Shown piece by piece: positions 1 to 11,125 of a stretch of DNA of 64,000 nt. The stretch comes from Ramazzottius varieornatus (lineage: Eukaryota > Animalia > Tardigrada). Under the pieces are notes generated by a model. The model saw nothing but the letters and a program-made list of their open reading frames with translations, had not been told where the DNA came from and ran no database searches. Position numbers and translations under genes: made by a program. Numbering within the stretch: the stretch's first letter is position 1; every line of letters starts with the position of its first letter. The DNA is taken from contig BDGG01000002.1 in NCBI GenBank assembly GCA_001949185.1, forward strand, positions 7,120,448 through 7,184,447, given 5' to 3'.

Positions 1-504
1 ATAATTTTTCCATACAAAAGAGATGGACAGGCGGAAGTTGACTGTTGTCGAGTGGATTTGAGTGTGATGGTCCTAAATAGCCGTATGCTGTCGGCACAGG
101 TTGATCCGTCCGCACTACTGCATGTGGGCTTAACTTTAGACGGACTATGTACTGTACATGCCAGCTAGCGCTAGAGGCAAACAGCAAACAGCCGCAAACT
201 GCGACGCATGGGTTCATGATCGCTGTCGGGGTGTGATTTGCTTTGCCGATCGAAACTAAGTCAGCGAGCTGCACCTCGTACGCGTATACACAACAGCATC
301 ATACGCTTCACTGCGTCTATCTCTTCCGTCGTGGTGTACTTTAGAACTCCAGCGGGGGGAAAGTTCGTCGTTGTAGAGCTCGATTGTCGAGTTTCCGTTC
401 ATAACCGGCTGACTGTGTTGTTGTAGCTCCTTCCTGCCGATTCGGATACTCCTTCCGTCGAGAGGGTCCCCGATTCGACCTTCATTCATGCACCTTCCAA
501 CGGT

Positions 505-3500
505 ATGGAAGGACGTCCATACCGCGAAGTGGTGCCTCTGTTGGGACGCCACAGCACCAGCCATGGACGTGGACGGCGCAGTCACAGCGCTGAGGAGGAA
601 GACGAGCAATTGGCCGGTGGAAACAACGGCTTGCTCGATCCCGATCTCAACGAAGTTCTCGAGAAGCTGCTAACTCCCAATAACACTTACCAGTCGCTGA
701 CGCTGCCGCGCACTCACGAGCCGGATGTGGGCCTTGAGGAAGCCGACAGATTTGACGAAGACGATTTCGATGGTGAGTGAAGCTAACGTTGTGTTTGATG
801 ATTCCAAGGCCAGCTAATTTATCGCTTCCGGCGGTGGGCGCCCATCAACGAGCTTGATCCTCCTGCTAGCTGGTCTGCAGTATGCAGGCTCTTAGCACCA
901 GCTCAGGCCTTTTCCGCTCTGGAATGCAGAGTGCGTGCCAGTGACTGATGTACCAAGACTTGGATTTACATTGCCACTAAAGACTAGGCAAACAAACTAT
1001 ATCATCAACGCCAGTTTTACGGCCATAAGAGAAAACTATATCATCAACGCCACTTTTTACGGCCATAACAGACGTGTATGCCATTATCATCTGCACAAAG
1101 ACGCCGTCCAACCTTGACGCTATCAACGGCACCCACAGCAAGACATAAGAAAGTTTCATTGGAAATTATCTTTAAATACTGGACATCACCAATTTCAAAA
1201 AAACTTTCTGAAAATTCTGCATAAGGAAAATTTCCGAATCTCTCCTTATGACATTGTGGTGAGATTCAGTAGAAATTCACAAACTGTTTTGGTTTTTGGT
1301 AGAGCACCGCGGATTTGGCGGTTCGACCCTGCACACGCACCATCCCTTGGTACCGCAGTACCTGAAGAAGAAGCTGGGACGGAGGAAGTCGATACCGCCC
1401 TCCGCCAGTCATCCTGCCCGCTTGCAAGAGAAGAACTTTACGCCCGAATTTCGGGCCCTGTTGGATACGGTACCTGCGTCTTTCTCGCACATTCTACCAT
1501 CCGTCAAAGAGCAAACTGAACCTGCTGAGGGAGAGGAACCACCGCAAGTAAGCTGCTGACACGAGGGTTTCCCAGCGCAGTGGTCCATTTTAATACTCTA
1601 TTTTGTCGACGAGGCAGCATACCGCCACCGTCAACGAAAACTTTCACTACAGTACTGAGAAAAAATCGTAGGAAATATGTAAAACAATTCGCTCCCATAT
1701 TGAAAAATCTGTTGAAAATTATTCGGGACGTTGGCAAATAAATTGAACAAAATCGTTAGTTCAACTAGCGCACGTTATTATTGTTATCAGCTGAAGCAAG
1801 CACCACTTGGACAATCGATCTTCCTGAGCTCGTTCTTCTCAAATATTTCAAATATTCAAAGCTTGAAAACCTTTCAAATATTCGTGATTATATTTTTTTT
1901 AGAAATTAATTGGATTATAATTTTCAGATATTCGAGATCATCAATTGTTTGCAATTTTTTTCTGGTATACGAGAATGACTGTTCGTTGCAGGATGTTTCT
2001 CTGCCCCAGATATCCTCGGCTCCTGTCTCCAAAGATGACTACGAGCTCAGGTTCCCCGAACCTCCTCCGAGGGCAAGAAAGGCTGAGTTTTATTTCAGCG
2101 CTGAGTCACTGGCGCACCAGTCACCGCACGGCTCTCAGGTTGACGTCGCTGGTCGACGAGGATCGGGTGAGAGTCAGCGCTTGCAGAAGTCGGTGTCAGT
2201 TCAGGAAGATGTGTCACCCGAACGCCGCTCACGAGATCCTTCACTTACGCGGCCGGAGTCGAACGGCGACGTTCGGTTCATGGTTGGCACCATGTCCGAC
2301 GATGATGACCTTTACTTGCATAAGTTCGACCATCAGAAGCGCCGCGTAAGGTCAACGCCACACTTCGAAGACCCGGGTATGCGAAGACGGTTTGGATCCG
2401 ACGTCGAACCGAGAATGATGAAGACCCCGATTCACCAACTGGAAGGAGCGGAGAACCTTCCTGACAAGGATGCGGAACGTCTTTGGGGTAAGTGTGTCAG
2501 TTGTGTTCGCAGCTCGCTCGCATAACTACAGAGCCGCTTCGCCGAAGCGTGCAAGGTCTTTGTCTTGAGTGGCGCACTTTTCCAGCCATAACATCGCAAA
2601 CGTGCGCCACTTTGAAGTAACGATCTCGTACGTTCTATACATCCGGTGTTTTCTCTCCAGGTCATCGCATGGATCCCGGTCGCATGGGTGTGAGGTCTCG
2701 AACTGTGAAGAATATGGCTCACCCTACCAACAACCGAGCTCTGAAGAGAGCAGATACGGTTGCCGGAAGAGCGACGCCCAGAAAACGCGGTTACGATCAT
2801 ACACCTCACGAGGTAAAATTTCAGCTCTGCATGCTGGACAAATCGTTTCAAAATGGTAAAACTTCTCACCACGGGTACTTTACTTGTTAAGGTTTACGTC
2901 GAAATGGAAGAGCTCGTCCAAGAAGGTGACCAAATGGAGTGGAAGGAGAAGGCTCGTTGGATCAAGTACGAAGAAGACGTCGAAATGGGCGGCAAGTGGG
3001 GTAAACCACACGCCGCTTCTTTGACATTCCATAGCTTATTGGAGCTCCGCAAATGCCTTGAACGAGGTAACTCATATAAGAAGTCAGAAGTAGAATAATA
3101 TTCTGCGGAGACTTTTCAGTGTGGTGACAATCGCTGTGTGGTACAGGTACCGTCCTGCTGGACTTGGAAGGTACCGATATTGGTACTATCGTAACTATCG
3201 TGGTCGACAACATGGTTCTGACGGACCAGCTGAAGTCTTCCGAGAAATGGCCAGTGACACGTGCCCTGCTCGTGAAGCACCGGCACATGTCCGAGAGCTC
3301 GCCTACCAAGCCCCCAAAGCATGTTGGATCACAGTCCAATCTGCAGAATCTAATTGCCTCGTAAGTGTTTGAGAATTCCATTTCCTCTGGTTCCACATAG
3401 GTGTGCACCCGCCCAACATAAACGTTGGCTTTTTTCTCAACACAGGTTTAGTTTCTCAAAGAGAAATTCCACAACCAGCGCTCACCGCGTCAACAGTGGT

Positions 3501-6500
3501 GACAGTCTGAAAGAATCCGACCTGGCGATGACCGAGAAGACTCCGGCAGAAAAGACTCCGTCCGTCGAGAGCGTGAAAGTTGTGCCAAATAGTACTTCAG
3601 TAGACTTCCCAGTGCGTCGAAAGATGTCGCAAATATACAGGCGGATCCCGTTGGGAGCTGAGGGATCGGCGGTCTTGGTTGGTGCACTAGATTTCCTGGA
3701 CGAACCGGCGGTCGCGTTTGTGCGACTAGCGCAAGGGACCTTCCTACACAACGTCTTGGAAGTGGACGTGCCAATTCGATTTATCTTCGTCTTGTTGTGT
3801 CCGAAAGACACACTGGACTATCATGAAATTGGTCGATCACTTTCTACTCTGATGTCCAACAAGGTAAACGGAGTTCCATACGAACGTAGGGCAAACTTAA
3901 TTACCGTGACGTAACTCGCCTGCGTACATCCCTGCTAGCCAGCTTACACGTAATCGGGTATGCAGAAACGTGATGGCCTATTTATATGCCGTTGAACGCG
4001 AAGATCATGATCCTGCATACACGGTCGTGCTTTCCCTTGCACCCTCTGGAGTATGCAGGTTCATGATGGAGCATAACTTGGAGCTAACTTCAATACTTAT
4101 TTCGGACTTTTCACCGGTATTTTCATCATAGTTTCTGATATTTGGAGTTTTCGCTTTGACAGGACTTTCACGAAGCTGCATACAGGGCAGAAGATCGCCG
4201 TGATCTTCTCAACGCCATGAACGAGTTCCTCGCTGACAGTATCGTCCTCCCACCCGGTAATCTCGACAAGCTGTCACTTCTCCCTCTGGCAGACCTTCAA
4301 AAGCTCAACAAGAATGTACAACAGCGTCGACGAATGTCTCGCAAAGAGCTGGTCTCTCCAATGTCCAGTCCGAAACGAAGAGCTCTATCACGACGCCGAA
4401 TGTCGGTGATACCCGACGATAACTTACATCGAACCCATCGTCCGTTTGGTGGACTGATCAATGATGTGAAGCGGCGCTTTCCTTGGTACTGGAGCGACAT
4501 CAAGGACGGACTTAATTTCCAGTGTCTTGCGTCCATCTTCTTTCTCTTCTTTGCCAACCTTGCTCCGGCCATCACTTTTGGTGGAATTTTAGGTAAAAGC
4601 TTTGTTCTTTGAAGCTTGCTAGACAAACTCGAAAAGGTCTTTTGCACCAGTGGCGCACGGCTTCAGTATAATTGGCCGAAAGCGCGCGCCACTCAGAGAT
4701 ACGATCTGGGCGATATCGTTTGGCCAGGTCCCGTTCTACAATTCGGCTACCGGTGTCTAATATAATAGTCATTCTGTGGTTGTTGCAGAGGATAAAGTGA
4801 AGCAGTATATGGGAGTATCCGAGATGCTCATTGCATCGGCCGTTTGTGGGATGGTATTTTCGTTACTGTCCGCGCAGCCGCTGACCATTATTGGCGCCAC
4901 TGGTCCGCTACTTGTTTTCGAGTACAGTCTGTACAAGGTGAGTTCTTAAATCCCTAAGTCACATTGTGTATGTTTTGACGGTTACAATTTCTGTTTCTAG
5001 TTTTGTAAGACGGCTGGCATCGAGTTTATGCCGTTTCGCATCTGGATCGGGTTTTGGGTCGCCGCGCTAGCAGCCTTGGTCACAGCCTTCGACCTGGGCG
5101 TTCTGATACGCTATGTCACCCGCTTCACCGAAGAAGTCTTTGCCGTCTTGATTGCATACATCTTCACGTTTGAGTCTCTACAACGAATATACTGGGTAAG
5201 CCTTATATGCATGTTTGGATGACACTCGGAAAACAACGAAAACAGGGAACTCTCACATGTTTGCATACTCACGGCTTTTACCGATAATGTATCGATGTGT
5301 ACGCAGGTGCGGGAATAGGTCATAATCTTGTTTGCCTACCATCCGACCAGCAGCGGATGCATGTTTCTTTTCATAATGACACTCATCCTTTGTTGCCTTC
5401 AGGTTTTCCATGACCATCCGCTCTTGTCAGTGGACGAGTACTGTTTAGAGCGCAACAAGACGTTGATCCTTCGCGCTTTGAACGGTACCCACGTCAGCAA
5501 CCTCAGTCAGCTCTTACCGGAACATACCATCACTTACTTGATCCCGCCCTTGGACCCCGTACAAAACGAGACGCTGGATCGAATTACACATTTCGACGAG
5601 AGCGTGACAGAGTTCACCAACGAACCCAACACGGCTCTCTTCTGTGTCATCCTTATCATCGGCACGTTGTTTATTGCGACGGAACTGCGCCAGTTCCGTA
5701 ACAGCAAATATTTGGGCCGCAATGTGAGCAGCGCTATAAGCCATTACTCTTACGCTTGACGTTGATAGGGCATTCCTCGCGACAACCGAACTAAATATAT
5801 GTCTTTTTTCCAGGCTAGACGAGCTATCGGAGACTTTGGCGTTCCAATCGCAATTTGTGCCATGGTCGTCTTCGATTTCTTGGTACCCAACGTTCACACA
5901 GCTGTAAGTGCTTTCCACTCAACCCACGCTGACAAACAGGGAGTTACATCGGCCTAGGCGAACAACCTCGACAATATCGTTTCTTCAGCTGGCGCAGCTT
6001 CCAGCTAGCAATACTGGTGTCGTGCGCCACTTGCAAATAACCTTGTCGAGCTTGTTCGCTAAGCTCTTATTTGAATGGTATGACTTACTCTAACGTTGCA
6101 GAAACTGGACATTCCCGATGGTCTGACACCCACAGCGCCCAACAAGCGAGGTTGGCTCATCAACCCGTTCGGTATCAAAAAGAGCATAGCTGGCTGGGAA
6201 ATTGCTGCTGCAATCATTCCCGCCATCTTGGTCTTCATCCTGATGTATGTGGAAGTGCAGATAACATGGTATGTGTAACTCTACCTGACGTAACCAATTT
6301 GTGAAAACGTGGAGCGATGAAATTCAGCGGGTTTTTTCCAATAGTGTTTTGGTGAATAAGAAAGAGAGAAAGTTGAAGAAGGGTTCCGGTTTCCATCTGG
6401 ACCTGGTGATAGTTTCCTTCATGTGCCTTGGCTGTTCGTTCTTCGGTCTTCCCTGGATGTGTGCTGCCACAGTCCAGACCATTTCGCACATTTCCAGTGT

Positions 6501-7364
6501 ATCGGTCTACAGCCGTACACATGCACCCGGTGAAAAGCCCAAACTTCTTATGGTCCGTGAACAGCGCATTACCAACTTTTTCTGTAGCATGCTGATCGGT
6601 AAGTAACGTCCCTCCGGACGGGAGGCCGCCAAGCGAAAGTTTTAGGTGGCGCAAATCTTTATTGTTACTGGCTGGCAGCGCGCGTCACTTGGGAAAATTA
6701 ACTTGTCGAGTTTTGATTGTTTTACCAAGTGGCGCGCGTCTTCGGTGTTCATGGCAGAACGCGTACGGCTCTTGGAAACAGCAACAGTACGTTTCGTGAG
6801 CTGGCCTTCCAAATACGAAGATTAATTTCGCTATCTATCTATCAATTATTTAGTTACTTTGTTTGATTTAATACTCTAATATACTTATGTTATTCAGTTA
6901 TGTTATCAATATTTTGTTCTTCTTCAGGTGTTGGGGTGATATTCGCAGCGCCGGCACTGCGACTCATCCCCAAAGCCGTCGTCTTTGGCGTCTTCATGTA
7001 CCTCGGTGTGAGTTCCATCAGCGGAGTACAGTTTGTGGATCGAATCAAGCTGTTTTTCCGTCCAGCCAAGCACCACTATGACCACAGTTACGTCCGTAAA
7101 GTACGGACTTGGAAGATGCATGCCTTTACCGGCATCCAGCTGGCCTGCTTGATGGTTCTCATATCGGTCAAGTCCACAGACGCCGCCCTCAGCTTCCCCT
7201 TCGTTCTCCTACTGATGGTCCCACTGCGAAGAGGCTTGCAGAAGTTCTACACGAAGGAGGAACTCCATGAACTGGACAGAGATGACGTTGACGTCCTCAA
7301 CGATGACGAAGAAGAACTTCAAGGGGATAAAGGCGACTATGAAGAAACCTTCATGCCGGTTTAG
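505..7364 (+). CDS. SLC4 family anion exchanger (AE2/AE3, band 3-like), about 14 exons
   Basis: Spliced peptides match SLC4A1-3 motifs: [113 protein letters not shown] introns join the ORFs in frame. Confidence 0.95.
994..1068. repeat. Tandem duplication of a ~35-bp unit (39-bp period) in SLC4 intron 1
   Basis: aaactatatcatcaacgcca(g/ct)ttttacggccataa at 994-1028 and 1033-1068. Confidence 0.85.
1725..1845. repeat. Intronic palindromic element family A, copy 1 (degenerate)
   Basis: Core tagcgca(1766)-N26-agcacca(1799) with arms gggacgttggcaaat.../...cgatcttcctgagctcgtt; in an SLC4 intron. Confidence 0.65.
2535..2640. repeat. Intronic palindromic element family A, copy 2
   Basis: gagtggcgcac...gtgcgccactt with 26-nt spacer between heptamers at 2570 and 2603; in an SLC4 intron. 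Confidence 0.8.
3920..4067. repeat. Intronic hairpin family B, two copies (TGCRTAC-N30-GTAYGCA)
   Basis: ctgcgtac(3920)-N30-gtatgcag(3958); atcatgatcctgcatac(4004)-N30-gtatgcaggttcatgat(4051-4067). Confidence 0.6.
4611..4732. repeat. Intronic palindromic element family A, copy 3
   Basis: tggcgca(4651)-N27-cgcgcca(4685) with family arms; in an SLC4 intron. Confidence 0.75.
5262..5305. repeat. Intronic hairpin family B, third copy
   Basis: tgcatac(5262)-N30-gtacgca(5299); in an SLC4 intron. Confidence 0.45.
5953..6067. repeat. Intronic palindromic element family A, copy 4
   Basis: tggcgca(5990)-N26-tgcgcca(6023); arms gcgaacaacctcgacaa / ttgtcgagcttgttcgc. Confidence 0.85.
6620..6808. repeat. 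Intronic palindromic element family A, copy 5 (double core)
   Basis: Cores start at 6647 and 6730 (83-bp period), each with a 27-nt spacer. Confidence 0.7.
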
Positions 7365-7953
7365 AGATAAAGAAATGTTTTCTGCCCAAATTGTTTGTGT
7401 GTACGGAAGAATAAACAAAAAACCTGTGATCTCCTCTGAAAGTTTACTTTGTTTTGACAAGTCTTTCGCGGAAGGTATTTCTCGGTGCTTTTTTCCTTTG
7501 CAGCTGCATGGTCGTTTAGGTGACGAACCGGACGATCCATGAACTAACCAAACCTACTTGTGTTCCTATTTGCCCGTTGTTCCTCAAAGCGTTGCCTTAT
7601 TTACCGGTATCTCAGTGCTTGAGCTGAATAGTCTTCCTCTGTTTTTGAATTGACTATTCCAAATTTTAGAATGTACTTTTGGAAAACCCAGTTAAAAACC
7701 CATCGAGACTTTTTCTCGATTGAGGAACCGCCGGACAAGGTCACTACATACCTCAGCAACTCTGCCAGTGAACTGACCAATTGGTTTGTTGATTAGGATT
7801 CTGAAACGATTGTTGTCGTTTTATTCTTTCGTACAGAGTTGGCAAAGTGAGCGGGAAATGGCCCAAAATTTAGTGGTGCTGTGATTAGTACTCGGAATTT
7901 ACGCGAGTATTTTACGTTATTTTCCCACTACAATACTGTACCCGGCTCAGAAT

Positions 7954-9594
7954 ATGGATCTCATGGGACCGCGACCCAACCTATCCGTGGAGATGCCGGA
8001 CTCGGCGCGCCCTAAAGTATCATTCGGATCCGACAAACGGGTGAAGCCTTCCATGTTCGACAAACCCATCCGTCTGAGCACGAAGACGAAGCAACTTATC
8101 GAGGATTACACTGTGGGTAATGTATCATATTCCCAGACACGGATATCACTCTTTAAAATTTTTTGATGGAAGGCTTGATCCGCCAACAAAAATCCAACCT
8201 AATATTTCTTTTGTTACAGAAAATCCATAGAGAAAACCGCGATCTTGTGCGAGAAAATGTGCGCCTTCAAACTGGGATAGCTCAGTACTTCAAGGAATAT
8301 CTGGTGAGTTTCGTATGCTAATCCACAGTGTCCGAGTGGCGCCCTCTGTGGATGCCGATATCAAGCACGAGCGTTCCTGCGCAGTATACAATTTCGGCAT
8401 CGTGTGCAGGAGCTTGTTTTGATACCGTGTGATTCTATTGTAGCAAGACACATCCAAAGATGGGAAGAGGAACAAAAATGAAACGAAAGAACAGAATGAT
8501 CGTCGGGCGGAAGAAGCTGAGGCTGAGCAACAGCGCCGTTTCGAGAGCGGATTTAGTAATTTTTGTAACTATCAACGCTTCTGTCTACAAACCTCCTCCG
8601 ACTACGGAGTGCAAATGTATCCGTGAAATGAAGCTTGATCTTTACAGAGACGGTGAAGGAACTGAACCGGAAGATCGCCGCAGCGGAAGAGGAAGGACGG
8701 GCGAAGAAGGAAGCCATCAAGAACTCCGCCGTCCAGAAGGAGATCAAAGTCCGGCAAGAATGGAAGAAGTTTCAAGATGTACAAGCCGAGAAGGCGAAAC
8801 AAGCGACCTACCGTAATGGTAATCCCGTTGAAATGGCTGACTTTAACGAGCTACAGAATCGGATCGACCAAAAACTGACGGAATGGCGGGGAGTTGGCTT
8901 GAAGGGTGCCATCATATGGATACGGAAAACCCATTTGGAAGAACAGTTGCGGAAACTGGTAAGCAAAACGCCGCTTCTACTTTATCATGGGCGTGACAGT
9001 GACATCTTTGCGGCCGCGTTCTCTTAGGATAATTTTGGAGGGAACTTGTCCCTAAACTATTACGACGAGCTGAAAGCAATGAGCCGATTGCACCAAGAAC
9101 GTAACGACAACAGCACCAAGGAGCTCGAAGCCGCGCATATAAAGCACGCACACGGAAGTCAGGTGGTTGCCCATCTCTCAGAGAAAGTCGCGTACCTGAA
9201 AGTACTGAAGAAGGAACTGGATGAGAAGATGGAGATGGTCGACCAGCAAGTGGCGGAGGAAAGAGAACGACTGAACAATGTGAAGATAAAGCGCGATGCA
9301 GCCCGAAAGGAAGCGGGAGCGCTGAAGGAGAGAACCGGCATCATGTACTCGCCGCACCTGTTGTATGACTTGGAGCATAAGATCAGGCACAGGAATAATT
9401 TGATCCGGAAGCTTCACAGAGAGAAACGACTGTTTACGGATATGTTAGCAAAAGCCCGGCATCAACTGCCGGTTGACACCGAAACGCACTTTCAGAATAT
9501 GGCGCGAGGTGACCTACCCTTTTTACCGGAAATCGTTCACATTGAGGAAGACATGGATGCTATCTGCTCTTACGACGGAAAGCAACACGTTTGA
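7954..9594 (+). CDS. CCDC96: Coiled-coil cilia/flagella-associated protein CCDC96/CFAP184 (DUF4201)-like, about 5 exons
   Basis: C-terminal LSLNYYDELK...QVVAHLSEKV...NVKIKRDAARKE...GIMYSPHLLYDLE resembles the CCDC96 pattern LHLIDFEQLK...QILTHVKEKL...GLLG..LLRDLE. Confidence 0.7.
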
Positions 9595-10227
9595 GGTGAC
9601 CAGGCTAAAGAGGATACCCCAAGGTCAAAAGCATGAAGGTCCTCGGAGGACCTTCACGCTTTTGCGGGATCAACTGATGTGATTGTCTTGTTCCGAACAA
9701 ATAAGCTTCGTTACGTGCACAGATCAGATCTGAGTGAACAGTTTCGTAGATGCCTGCGAGTTTTGCATGATCATAAATTACATTAGTCCTAATGGTGCTG
9801 ACATCGATTAGTCCGGAATTTGTGGACATAAAAACTCCCCTAAATGCACTTAATGTGCTACAGTTAGTACAGTACCTTGATGAGCGAGCTGCGAACACGA
9901 ATTTTGTAGATGCTATTGATATCGAGTCTTGCGCCACCTCCATTTCCCGCCACGTAGCACGCCTCTTCTCTTCTTCCGGGCTCTGGTGACATCTTCGGGA
10001 TTTGGTAAATTCATGCGGGCGTTCGAACACTAACTTATGACCGAAAGAGGATGACCGAAAGAGGACTCTCAGAGTGACACAATGGCGCGAGATCCTCGTA
10101 CAGAAAGGATACAATTTAGGTAAATAAAGTTTCTTGCGGAGGTTGCGGAAAGGTTGCGGTCGTTATTGATAACTGCGCAGGGGTATTACTCGGTACAGTG
10201 GCTGCATGTTCCGTTATCGTATTACAA

Positions 10228-11055
10228 CTATGGACGAGGAACTATGTCGAGAACAGCAACTTCCTCTTCTAAATTGGCAATCATACCAATGGCCTTTTTG
10301 AAACTTGCGCGACGTCCACGGAATGGAACAACGACGTGGGTCGTAGTTTTCTCTCGAGGAAAGAACTGCCAGTGGTCTTCTTGGTAATCCAGCAACTGGC
10401 GATAGAAGGGATAGATCGTTCCGTAGAAGTAACCTTTACATGATAGAACGAACATTATTTATCGGACAGTAAAAACTTCAGAACGACGCCGGAATTACAG
10501 TACACGAACCTTGATACACTCCACCTTCGATAAAGTAATTCCTATCCGACCAATGAACAAGTTGTTCGTTGTCTATAAACAAATATCCTCCCTGGTCAGG
10601 AGCTTGATCGTCTTTTCGGGATGGTCTAAAAAAAATTGTCCTCTTTTTACAGCGACATCTTGGTAACGTCTAGGAGGCCGCATAGGACGGCCGGGAACAT
10701 TCGTTCATTCAGTGAACCGGCGGAAATGACATCCCATTTGGCATACCCGCATCTGGTCCATCCTGTGCTCCTCCCGCTGAAGGATTTCTGTCCTGTTTTT
10801 CTCCCGCTCCTTATCTGCGTGGAAAGCCGTATAAGATTGCGTGATGACATGCCCACTGTCCCTCCCGCAATAATCTAGAAGTTTGTGGTGTCGTTTTTGC
10901 CTCCCGAGCTAAGACCGCGGCACCTGAAAAACATAAGTTCTGGTCTGAACCACATCATGACGACGGAGTTACTGAAGTGTTGTCAGCACTAACTACGTAT
11001 ATGCCAAACTGAAAGATGCCAGGAGGATCTGCCCATTTCTATGAGAGCGCGTCAT
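10228..11055 (-). CDS. Possible small spliced gene of unknown function; reading phases not fully reconciled
   Basis: Minus-strand splice signals flank open peptides such as DQGGYLFIDNEQLVHWSDRNYFIEGGVYQ|GYFYGTIYPFYRQLLDYQEDHW...; no homology recognised. Confidence 0.3.
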
Positions 11056-11125
11056 GGAGGAAACGGGCCCACTACTTCAGAAAGAGCAAGTAAGCTACGA
11101 AACTACAGGCACCGCTGAAGCAGTA

